Assembly (NCBI GenBank): GCA_047967505.1 | Contig: CM106538.1 | Strand: one strand, 5' to 3' | Source of the DNA: Dipteris shenzhenensis | Lineage: Eukaryota | DNA: 64,000 bases | Shown: in pieces, positions 27,392 through 37,783 of the stretch | Layout: each line of letters opens with the position of its first letter | Position numbering within the stretch: the first letter of the stretch is position 1 | Position numbers and translations under genes: made by a program | The notes under the pieces: generated by a model | Database searches by the model: none | Told to the model about the DNA's origin: nothing | What the model saw: the letters and a program-made list of their open reading frames with translations, nothing else

Positions 27392-29080
27392 TGTTAAGAT
27401 AGTGGGAGAGAGGGAAGGAGTCTCACTTGCAGCTTTCTCACATGCACAATGGGGGAATACACACAAAGGTGGAGGCTGAAAACAGTTTTCCTCTTCTTAG
27501 TTGTGAAAGCCAAAAGAACTCTAATATAAAGAAATAGAAGAACCCTATATGTGGGTCTCAAACCAAACTCAACTAACTAAGGTGGCATACTAACTGAGCC
27601 ACGAACTAGTGTAGATAAGGATAGCTGTCATCCAGCTATTATTCGTGGGCGGTGTACCAACCGCATCTCCAGCTAACAAGTCGGTGACATAAGTACACAA
27701 CGGTCACCCTGGCATATCGTGAGTGGGGAGCTCGATATCTCAACACTTCCCCTCGAGCTCAATCCCAATTCCTGCACACCAAGCAGGTCTCTGAACTTGC
27801 GCAGCTTCTCTGCGCCCAATGCTTTGGTGAAGATGTCAGCTACCTGATCCTCTGTGCTGACATAAACTAGATCAATAAGACCTAGTAACACTTTCTACTG
27901 CACATAGTGATAATGCACCTCAATGTGCTTTCTTCTAGCATGAAAGACTGGGTTCACACATCAGAGTGGATTAATTCCAATGGCTTTTTACTCTCTTGAA
28001 CATGCCTAGGAAAAGGTTTTCTTGCCTGTTTCCCAAATTGACAGGCTTCACAAACCTTGTGCATTTCTGCAACCTTGACTTTAGGCAATCTTGCAACAAT
28101 ATTTTGGGCTTGCATTGATTTAAGTCGCTGTATATTAACATGACCAATGCGTTTGTGCCAGATATCAATATCTGCAACTACACCGGTCCCATGTGCAAAC
28201 ATTGTTGCACTCAATTCAGGCATGTTTGCATCCAACGTAAACATCCTGCCCTTCTTCTTTCCTTTTGCTATCAAGCGACCATTATTTTTCATATCCTCAA
28301 CAAAGCATCCATGAGGATTAAATCTAACTTGCAAGCCCTGCTCAACCATCTGACCAACAGAAACCAGGAGTATTTCTTTTTCCCATCCTGCATAGACAAA
28401 AGAATTTTGCCAATCTGCACAATAGGATGTGCAGTATCATCACCAGTCTCCACAAATCCTAGTTTTTCCATTTTCCTTGCATCTTGCATCCATTCTGCAT
28501 GACCTGTCATGTGGTTTGACGCACCTGAGTCAACATACCACACATCATTTTGTTCTTCTGCACTTGTCACAAAATTGGTCATATGCTGCACCATAAATAG
28601 ATGCTCATTTCTGTCATCACCCTGCCTACTAGAAGATGCATAATTGCCTTGCTGCAATTTTCCAGTCATAATGTCATTCTGCTTTTTATAGCAGTCCTTA
28701 GCGATATGACCCATTTTGCCACAATAGTAGCATTCAACATTGCTGTTTGCATTTTGGCCTCTCTGCCATCCACCACGGCCTCTTTGGCTCCCCATGCCTC
28801 TAGAGTTACCACGTCCTCCTGCATAGGACTGGTTTTCTTGCGTTTGCTGCATATTCTGATTTCTACCATGGCCTGCAGATCGGCCTCCTCTACCTCTACC
28901 TCTACCTCTGCTAGCATTTGAGTAGAAGACAGTTTCTTTTGAAGTTCCTGCTGAAGAAGATGCACCCACATTTCTCTGCTCTTCAGAAATTAGAAGAGCA
29001 ATCAACTCCTCAAAATCTGGAAATTTTTCACGGACGGCAATGGATGTCCGAAATTGTGCATAATCCTTTCCTAGACCATT
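27392..29080 (-). mobile_element. Truncated, internally deleted copia family A copy 3 nested in A2
   Basis: 3' LTR 27392-27745 and PPT 27746-27754. The RNaseH end is joined directly to the integrase start (HSDV) at ~27953, followed by PR/gag up to 29080. 5' end missing. Confidence 0.9.
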
Positions 29081-31284
29081 GTAAACAGAAAGGGATACAA
29101 ACAGACCTTCCAATGGTTATCTCTCTTGCATGTACATGCACACAATGTCTGCAAGAGGTACCATGGAACAAACATACACATGGCCTACATCATAAGGTGA
29201 CCAGAGGTGTTTACAAAACACACACAACACAATATTTTATTTTCATTCATTTTGGAGGACTATCCAGGCTGAGTACCTTGACATAAAAAGAGAGATCTGG
29301 AGCATATATAGAGATAATTTAAAATGCATAATCTTCATGGGATGCCTCATCTTGTGGAGGCAAATTCACTGTAAGTAGATTTGCATTTTCTGTCTTTGCT
29401 TTGTCTCTGCAAAAGTTCTCACTATGGTTGTTTTTGCCACAGTGCTTACACGGATTTACTTTGAAGCAGTCCTTTAAAAGGTGATTTGTCTTTCCACAGT
29501 GATTGCAAGGAGAATACTTGCCCTTCTGGAATTTCATAACATAAGCAGTGTCATTGCCTTTCCTTAACTCCATATGTCTTTCTTCTTCTTGGAGAGCTGA
29601 GATAATGCCTTCAAGGTTTGGATTGGGAAGATTCTTCAAAGTGCTAACAATGTGATCAAAACTTTCAGGCATACTCTTAAGTAGCACTGCCATAGCATCA
29701 TCAGGTGTGATAGGAGAGTTGATAGAAGCTAACTGAGTCATAAGACTCCGCATATAGTTGACATGAGCAGCTAAAGTAGTATCACTTGCCATCTTTAATT
29801 CAAAGAAAGAGATTTTAAGTGATAGTTTAGATATCTGATAGCTTGCACCAAAAATCAAATCTAGCTTCTGCCATGCTTCCGATGGAGACTCCAAGTCAGA
29901 TATATGATGTATGTAATCATCACCCAAAGCTAAAGCAATTATACCATATGCTTTTTCTTCTCTTATTGGATCCCTTGCCGGTCCTGTCGGAGCTAAAGAT
30001 TCTCCAGCATTTGAGGCCGTAGAAGAAGCGGTAGGAGTAGGTTTGACAAGTCCCCATAAGTTCTCCCGCATCAATGCAAATTTTAACTTCATTTGCCATG
30101 TATGGAAGCCCTTTCCATTGAACTTCTCAAGATTATATAAAGTAGCCATGAGAGGGTCTAACCCAGATATTGGGCAGTGTCTATCTCTCTTACAAGGCAA
30201 AAAAAGAACTGAAATACTTCTAGAGTATAGGCACTTGATGTAGCAAATAGTAGTGACTAGTTTTCAAACAATGATGCTACTTTTTGCATGCTTCATAGAA
30301 GTGAATGAAATAAGCACTTTCCAATCACAACCAGGTCTAGCAAGTCAAAACAAAACTGAAGCAACACTTGTAGTGAAGTTATTGAAAACTTCAAAAGACC
30401 AGAAATGCTAGAGTAGCATTTTATGTAGCATCATTTTCAAAAGTATGTCAAAACTGTCAAAACTAGAGAGCTGAACTTGGAAGGCTCATATCACACTCTC
30501 CAAAGCAAAAGAAAGGGGGCTTTCTGAGGCAAAAGAAAGCTGGTATACCACAGTAGATCCTCTGGGAAGAAGAGGCAAAAATATGCGTGAGGTCGCCTTC
30601 ACCTTCTTGAACAAAGTCAACTGGTTTTTCTCTGTTTTCTCCTTCAATATGCAGCCATTGCTGCTCAGATTTCAGCACAAGGTAGCTCTAGGTATGGAGA
30701 AGCTTACCCTAAAAGGAATTAGACAAAGACAGAGCAGGTGCAGAGAACTTGCAGGAAGAAGAATCGACAATTTTCGTGCAATGGCGACCAGCAGTGCATT
30801 TTATTCCTCAATTCCTTCCAGCTCAAAACTCGCCCCAACAAGAGGGATCTCCAGTAGAAAGGGCGTGGGAAATGAGTGAGAATCAGAGGAGAACAAGCTC
30901 AAGCAAATTTTTGGAAGAAGAGGGAGAGATGGTGAAGAAGAAGATGATGATGTGGCAAAAATGGGCTCAAGGGGGATCAAATGGCTCTGATACCATGTTG
31001 GAACACTGAAAGGAAAGAGTAGAGTTGACACAAAATCAGAATACTTGCATATAGAATGAAGAAGAAAGAGGTCCTTAAGTAGGCACCTCATACAAGGTCA
31101 CTGACATCACTGATGACCTCAAAGCTCCACAATCATCTCCTCAATCTGCTCCTAGATTCACTCAATCATCCTATGTGGCTTTTCCACCACCTAACTGTGC
31201 TTGTGGGCACCTAACTGTGCCTCTAGCACTCACACATAGAAACATAAGGTGTGCCTGAGGCATACACCTTGAGATATCCCAACA
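29081..31284 (-). mobile_element. Gag-only LTR element (family B, TR-GAG-like), 3' LTR lost
   Basis: 289-bp LTR 30996-31284 (TGTTG...CAACA), PBS at 30984-30995, long leader, gag ORF, no pol. Confidence 0.88.
29319..30149 (-). CDS. gag: Copia-type Gag with two CCHC zinc knuckles (intact ORF, ~276 aa)
   Basis: MATLYNLEKFNGKGFHTWQMKLK start, UBN2-like core, then CNHCGKTNHLLKDC and CKHCGKNNHSENFC. No internal stops. Confidence 0.85.
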   Translation of the reverse strand: MATLYNLEKFNGKGFHTWQMKLKFALMRENLWGLVKPTPTASSTASNAGESLAPTGPARDPIREEKAYGIIALALGDDYIHHISDLESPSEAWQKLDLIFGASYQISKLSLKISFFELKMASDTTLAAHVNYMRSLMTQLASINSPITPDDAMAVLLKSMPESFDHIVSTLKNLPNPNLEGIISALQEEERHMELRKGNDTAYVMKFQKGKYSPCNHCGKTNHLLKDCFKVNPCKHCGKNNHSENFCRDKAKTENANLLTVNLPPQDEASHEDYAF

Positions 31285-32374
31285 CTTATGACTCAATTAG
31301 CTTCTATCAACTCTCCTATCACCCCTGATGATGCTATGGCAGTGTTACTTAAGAGTATGCCTGAAAGTTTTGATCACATTGTTAGCACTTTGAAGAATCT
31401 TCCCAATCCTAACCTTCAAGGCATTATCTCAGCTCTCCAAGAAGAAGAAAGGCATATGGAGCTAAGGAAAGGCAATGACACTGCTTATGTTATGAAATTC
31501 CAGAAGGGCAAGTATACTCCTTGCAATCACTGTGGAAAGACAAATCACCTTTCAAAGGACTGCTTCAAAGTTAATCCATGCAAGCACTGTGGCAAAAACA
31601 ACCATAGTGAGAAGTTTTGCAGAGCCAAAGCAAAGACAGAAAATGCAAATCTACTTACAGTGAATGAGCCTCCACAAGATGAGGCATCCTTTGAAGATTA
31701 TGCATTTTAAACACATCTCTATGTATGCTCCAGATCTCTCTTTTTATGTCAAGGTACTCAGCCTGGATAGTCCTCCAAAATGAATGAAAATAAACTATTG
31801 TGTTTTGTGTGTTTTGTAAACACCTCTGGTCACCTTATGATGTAGGCCATGTGTATGTTTTGTTCCATGGTACCTCCAGCAGACATTGTGTGCATGTACA
31901 TGCAAGGGAGATAACCATTGGAAGGTTTTTTTGTATCCCTTTTGTTTACCTTACACCCAAGGGAACCCTTGCTAGCATGAGAACCTAGCCATAGATTAAT
32001 CCTTGACCACCATGAGATGGCATGAGAAACTATGAGACTAGATGTATCCTTGACATAGCCTGAGGCATTTCCTTGAGGGGGGGTTTGTTGGGATATCTCA
32101 AGGTGTATGCCTCAGGCACACCTTATGTTTCTATGTGTGAGTGCTAGAGGCACAGTTAAGTGCCCACAAGCACAGTTAGGTGGTGGAAGAGCCACATAGG
32201 ATGATTGAGAGAATCTAGGAGCAGATTGAGGAGATGATTGTGGAGCTTTGAGGTCATCAGTGATGTCAGTGACCTTGTATGAGGTGCCTACTTAAGGACC
32301 TCTTTCTTCTTCATTCTATAAGCAAGTATTCTGATTTTGTGTCCACTCTACTCTTTCCTTTCAGTGTTCCAACA
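31285..32374 (+). mobile_element. 3' half of a second family B gag-only element
   Basis: 3' gag 31288-31710 nearly identical to the minus-strand copy, then ~375 nt noncoding, G-rich PPT ~32075-32083 and 289-bp LTR 32086-32374. The RNaseH tail of A2 follows. Confidence 0.9.
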
Positions 32375-32748
32375 CCTGCTTGGTGTGTAGGAATTGGGAT
32401 TGAGCTCGAGGGGGAGTGTTGAGATATCGAGCTCCACTCACGATATGCCAGGGTGACCGTTGTGCATTTATGGCACTGACTTGTACACCGCCCACAAATA
32501 ATAGCTGGATGATAGCTATCCTTATCTACTCTAGTTTGTGGCTCAGTTAGTATGCCACCTTAGTTAGTTGAGTTTGGTTTGAGACCCACATATAGGGTTC
32601 TTCTATTTCTTTGTACTAGAGTTCTTTTGGCTTTCACAACTAAGAAGAGCAAAACTATTTTCAGCCTCCACCTTTGTGTGTATTCCCCCATTGTGTAGGT
32701 GAGAAAGCCGCAAGTGAGACTCCTTCCCTCTCTCCCATTATCTTCACA

Positions 32749-33530
32749 CACCAAGGCAAAAACGTTGTTTTATGCTTGATCGACAATGCAAAGCATATCC
32801 GATGGGCACAATACTTTGCACACACCTTCAACTTAGTGGAATTGACTTACATGCAAAGTGGCACTCCCATCCCATAAGTTCTTGATTGGATAACATACCT
32901 AGTAGCGTGTTTTTTTACGAATGTGCATGACCTACGGCCGTGTTTTTATATGGTTGTGCATGACACTAAGGCAAAAACGGTGTTTTATGCTTGATCAATA
33001 ATGCAAAGCATATCCGATGGGCACAATACCTTGCACACACCTTCAATTAGGTGGAATTGACTTACATGCAAAGTGGCATTCCCATCGCATAAGTACTTGA
33101 TCAAAAAACACACCTAGCAGCGTGTTTTTTACGGATGTGCATGACACTAAGGCAAAAATGGTATTTAATGCTTGATCGACCATGCAAAGCAGATCCGATG
33201 GGCACAATACTTTTCCTACACCTTAACCTAGGTGGTATTGAAATGTTCTCAAAGAGGCACACCCATCCAATAAGTACTTGGTCAAATAACATACCTAAGG
33301 GCGTGTTTTTTTGTGGATGTGCATATCACTACGGGAAAAACATTGTATAATGCATAATCGAACATGCAGAGCATATCCGATGGTGACACTACTTTGTACG
33401 CATCTCAACCTAGTTGAAACGGACTTGCGCGCAAATTGTAGTCCCCATCCGATAAGTACTTGTTTGATTAACACACTTAGGACCATGTTTTTTCATGTTT
33501 GTGCATGACACTAAGCCCAAAACGGTGTTT
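32749..33530. repeat. ~181-bp satellite array, segment 2 (~4 monomers)
   Basis: Resumes in register after the A2 TSD (cacca-aggcaaaaacg). Confidence 0.92.
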
Positions 33531-33534
33531 GATG

Positions 33535-36500
33535 GCTATTATTCGTGGGCAGTGTACCAACCGCATCTCTAGCTAACAAGTCGGTGACATAAATGCACAA
33601 CAGTCACCCTGGCATATCGCGAGTGGAGCTCGATATCTCAACACTCCCCCTCGAGCTCAATCCCAATTCCTGCACACCAAGCAGGTCTCTGAACTTGCGC
33701 AGCTTCTCTGCGCCCAATGCTTTCGTGAATATGTCAGCTACCTGATCCTCTGTGCTAACATAAACTAGATCAATAAGACCTAGTAAAACCTTCTCCCGCA
33801 CATAGTGATAATGCACCTCAATGTGCTTTGTTCTGGCATGAAAGACTAGGTTCTTTGCCAAGTGTATACTGCTCATGTTGTCACAATAAATGACAACCGG
33901 CCCATCTGTAGACTGATGCATATCATAGAGCAGCTTATGCGATTAAGCTACCTCACATGCAGCCATTGCTGCACCCCTGTACTCAGCCTCTGTGCTCGAC
34001 AAGGCAACTGTAGGCTGTTTCTTGTTGCTCCAAGTGACTGCAGCACTCCCAAAAGAGAACACATACCCACTGGTAGATCGTCTATCAGAAATACTACCAG
34101 CCCAATCAGCATTAGTGTATCCATGCAACTGTATCTGAACCCCAGCCTCATAAAATAGTCCATACTGCAATGTGGACTTCACATACTTGAGTATGTGTCT
34201 AGCCGCATCCAAATGCGGTTTCCTTGGAGCCTGCATAAACTGACTTACCAACCCAACAGCATAGCTCAAATCTGGCCTGGTAATAGTCATGTAAATCAAA
34301 CTTCCTACTATGCGTCTGTACATAGTAGGGTCTTCCAGAAGCTCACCTGCATCTGCGCTCAGCTTCACATTCTGCTCCAAAGGAACTGAAATAGGCTTAC
34401 AGCTTGTCATCCCATATTTGGACAGCACGTCCAGTCCATACTGCCTCTGCAAGAGCTGTATCCCACTTGGTGATCTAATCACCTCAATGCCCAAGAAATA
34501 ACGCAGCTCTCCCAAATCCTTCATCTCAAACTTCTGCCTCAATAGCATTTTCACATGAAGGATATCTTCATCACTATCACCTGTGATGATCAAATCATCA
34601 ACATAAATGACCAGCAGCATAATCCCTTTCTCTGTTTTTCTCACATAGAGTGAGAAATCTGCCTTGGAAATCTGAAAGCCAATAGTGACAAGATACTGTC
34701 CTATCTTGTCAGACCATGCTCTAGGTGCTTGCTTCAAGCCATACAAGGCTTTCTTCAACCTGCAAACAAACTCGGGATGAATAGCATGAACATAACCTGC
34801 TGGCTGCTCCATAAAGACCTCTTCTTGCAAATCACCATGCAAGAAGGCATTCTTTACATCCATCTGATGTAAAGACCATCCCTTTGATGCAGCCATAGCA
34901 ATGGCTGCTCTTACGGTTGCCATCCTTGCAACCGGGCTGAAAGTTTCTTCATAATCAATGCCATATGTCTGTGCATACCCCTTGACAACTAATCTTGCCT
35001 TGTATCTATTCACAGAACCATCTGCATTGTGCTTGATCTTATAAACCCACTTACAACCAATTGCATTCTTGCCTTTAGGCAAAGGCACCAATTCCCATGT
35101 AGCATTAGCATCCAAGGCATCCATTTCTTCATCAATGGCTTTCTCCCATTTTTCATTTCCCATGGCTTGCTCAAAAGAAGTGGGTTCTGGTTCCTGTATC
35201 ACTTTGACCATATAGGCATAGTGAATGGTTGTAAATCCATCATATTTCAACCTATCCACAGGATACCTGACCTTGGTAGACCTGCGCAAAATAGGCTCAC
35301 TTCTAGGTGCTCTCAAAACATCCCTGGTCTTCCTTACTCCAAGTGTAACAATAGAAGGAATACCCAACTCATCATCAATGCTCTGCTCTGAGCCACTGGA
35401 TTCACCATCCACACAAGAGTGACCTGCATTCACATCAAACATGGGCTGATCTACCTTCTCTTTTCCTTTTTGTGATACCTGCATACCACTCTCTGCATTG
35501 CTTTGAGGGGATTCTCCTGATCTCAATCTGCCTGTCCACGGCGAAGTATGTGAACCACTGGTAGAGGACACTCCAGGTCCACTGATATTTTGTGATTGCT
35601 GCTATGCATTCTGTGCAACATTACCATTTTTTGCATCTACATCAATCATCACATTTACTGGTTTATACCAGCTGCTCATCTCATCAAAAAAACATCTCTG
35701 CTCACTGTGAACTTACGTGTAGAAGGGTTATAGCATCTATACCCTTTCTGCTGCAGAGAATAACCAATAAAGATGCACTTCTCAGCTTTTGGATCCAACT
35801 TGGACCTCAACTCATCTGGCACATGGACATAGGCAATGCAACCAAAAATCTTCAAATGAGAAATATCTGGTTTCCTACCAGTATACATCTCCTCTGGCGT
35901 CATGCCATGTATTGCTGCAGTGGGAGTCCTGTTCATTATATAGGCTGCTGTAGCAACTGCTTCAGCCCAATAATAATCTGGTAGATCTTTTTCATTTAGC
36001 ATAGCCCGAGATACCTCTCCAATATGCCTGTTTTTTCTTTCTGCAATTCCATTTTGCTGTGGGGTATGATTGCATGAATATTGCTGCTTTATACCATGCT
36101 CTTGCAAGAACCTTGCAAACTCATTTGAGAGGTACTCTCCCCCTCCATCTGACCTTAGTCATTTTATTTGCAGGCCTATTTCTTTTTCAACCATAGCTTT
36201 GAAAGCTTTGAAGTGCCCAAACACTTCACTTTTCTTTTTCATAAAATTTTGATGTTCCTGCTGAAGAAGATGCACCACCATTTCTCTGCTCTTCAGAAAT
36301 TAGAAGAGCAATCAGCTCCTCAAAATCAGGAAATTTTTCACGGACGGCAATGGATGTTCGGAACTGTGCATAATCCTTTCCTAGACCATTCAAGGACACA
36401 GAAACCAAATCATCATCATCCACTGGCGACCCAATGGAAGCAAGTGCACCTGCAATTTTCTTCACTTTCATGTGGTAGTCATTTATGCTCAAATTTTCTC

Positions 36501-37720
36501 TCTGCACATTGTGCAACTCCTGTTTGAGTTGCATTTTCCTGGCTTGCATATTTGTGCTATACATTTTTGCCAAAGTATCCCATGCCTCCTTTGGCGTATT
36601 TGCATCCTGAATATGCACAATCATGGAGTCCGAAATACTGATAGACAGCCAGTACATAACTTTCCTGGCTCTCTCATGCCATCCTTTGAATGCGTGCATT
36701 TCCTGTTGACTGGGAACATTAGGAAGAACAGGTTCTTCTTCATTTCCTGTAATGAACTCCCAATAGCCTTTTCCCATCAAGAAATTCGTCATTCCATGCC
36801 TGGAAGTTGTTCTTGTCAAGCTTCTCAGTGACAATCTATGAAAGAGAATCAGATGCCATTACAGAACACTACAAAATATTCTGTCACTGCAAAAAACACA
36901 GCTTTTGCCTCACACGGGCAGAACTGCAAAACTGACGAAAGTGGTATTTCACCACACAGTCACTTCCTAGTGACGATTTTGCATCAACAGGCAACAAGCA
37001 TGAATCTGCAACTCCCAATATCTCTGTACAAAGGCATACAATGCAATTTCTGCGGAACCTTTCCACCAACCAGCCGCGCAGTGGTCGCACAGCAAAAAAT
37101 AGGGCCTTTTTCTAAGTGCCTGCGAAGAACTTCCGCCTTCAAAACGGGCCCCGAAACGGCCTCAAATCAGAAGCATATACTGCGCTCTCGCCACACCGCA
37201 AAGGGCATCTCAATCTGAAACAGTGCACTCCTGCACTTCTGGCTGTGCTACCTACAGAGATTTGCTCCCAAACTCGAAATAGGAAAGCAACACTGGTCCT
37301 CTTACCAGGACACCACGAACTTGGCTTGCTTTCTTGAGCTCCTTACCACGAACAAGGCTCTGATACCATGTGAAGATAGTGGGAGAGAGGGAAGGAGTCT
37401 CACTTGCGGCTTTCTCACATGCACAAATGGGGGAATACACACAAAGGTGGAGGCTGAAAACAGTTTTCCTCTTCTTAGTTGTGAAAGCCAAAAGAACTCT
37501 AGTACAAAGAAATAGAAGAACCCTATATGTGGGTCTCAAAGCAAACTCAACTAACTAAGGTGGCATACTAACTGAGCCACAACTAGAGTAGATAAGGATA
37601 GCTGTCATCCAGCTATTATTCGTGGGCAGTGTACCAACCGCATCTCTAGCTAACAAGTCGGTGACATAAATGCACAACAGTCACCCTGGCATATCGCGAG
37701 TGGAGCTCGATATCTCAACA
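33535..37720 (-). mobile_element. Copia family A copy 4, inserted in the satellite; internal deletion and truncated 3' LTR
   Basis: 5' LTR 37369-37720 and PBS 37357-37368. 3' LTR remnant 33535-33643 is identical to 37612-37720. PPT 33644-33652. Gag is joined to mid-integrase at ~36250. Confidence 0.93.
33604..36857 (-). pseudogene. Copia gag / partial INT / RT-RNaseH of A4
   Basis: The 542-aa ORF 33943-35571 has QMDVKNAFL and YVDDLI. A stop falls within RNaseH. Protease and zinc knuckle are deleted. Confidence 0.93.
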
Positions 37721-37775
37721 TCCCATAAGTGCTTGATCGGATAACATACCTAGCAGCGTGTCTTTTTTACGGATA
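37721..37775. repeat. End of the ~181-bp satellite (partial monomer)
   Basis: tcccataagtgcttgatcggataacatacctagcagcgtgt matches the monomer and abuts the transposase frame. Confidence 0.85.
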
Positions 37776-37783
37776 GCGATGTC

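Larger units (their letters stand above)
23797..32748 (+). mobile_element. Copia family A copy 2, inserted in the satellite and internally rearranged
   Basis: LTRs 23797-24148 and 32417-32748. PBS tggtatcagagc 24149-24160. PPT gagggggag. TSD CACCA at 23792-23796 and 32749-32753. Confidence 0.95.

Noticed and set aside
30996-32374. Inverted 289-bp repeats as TIRs of a DNA transposon or DIRS-like element
   Set aside because: Each has LTR hallmarks (TG..CA, adjacent PBS or PPT). They belong to two oppositely oriented retroelement copies.
21430-33530. Satellite as a CRISPR-like repeat-spacer array or a 60-aa repeat protein
   Set aside because: Monomers are homologous along their whole length with no unique spacers, there are no cas genes, and variable T-runs break any frame.
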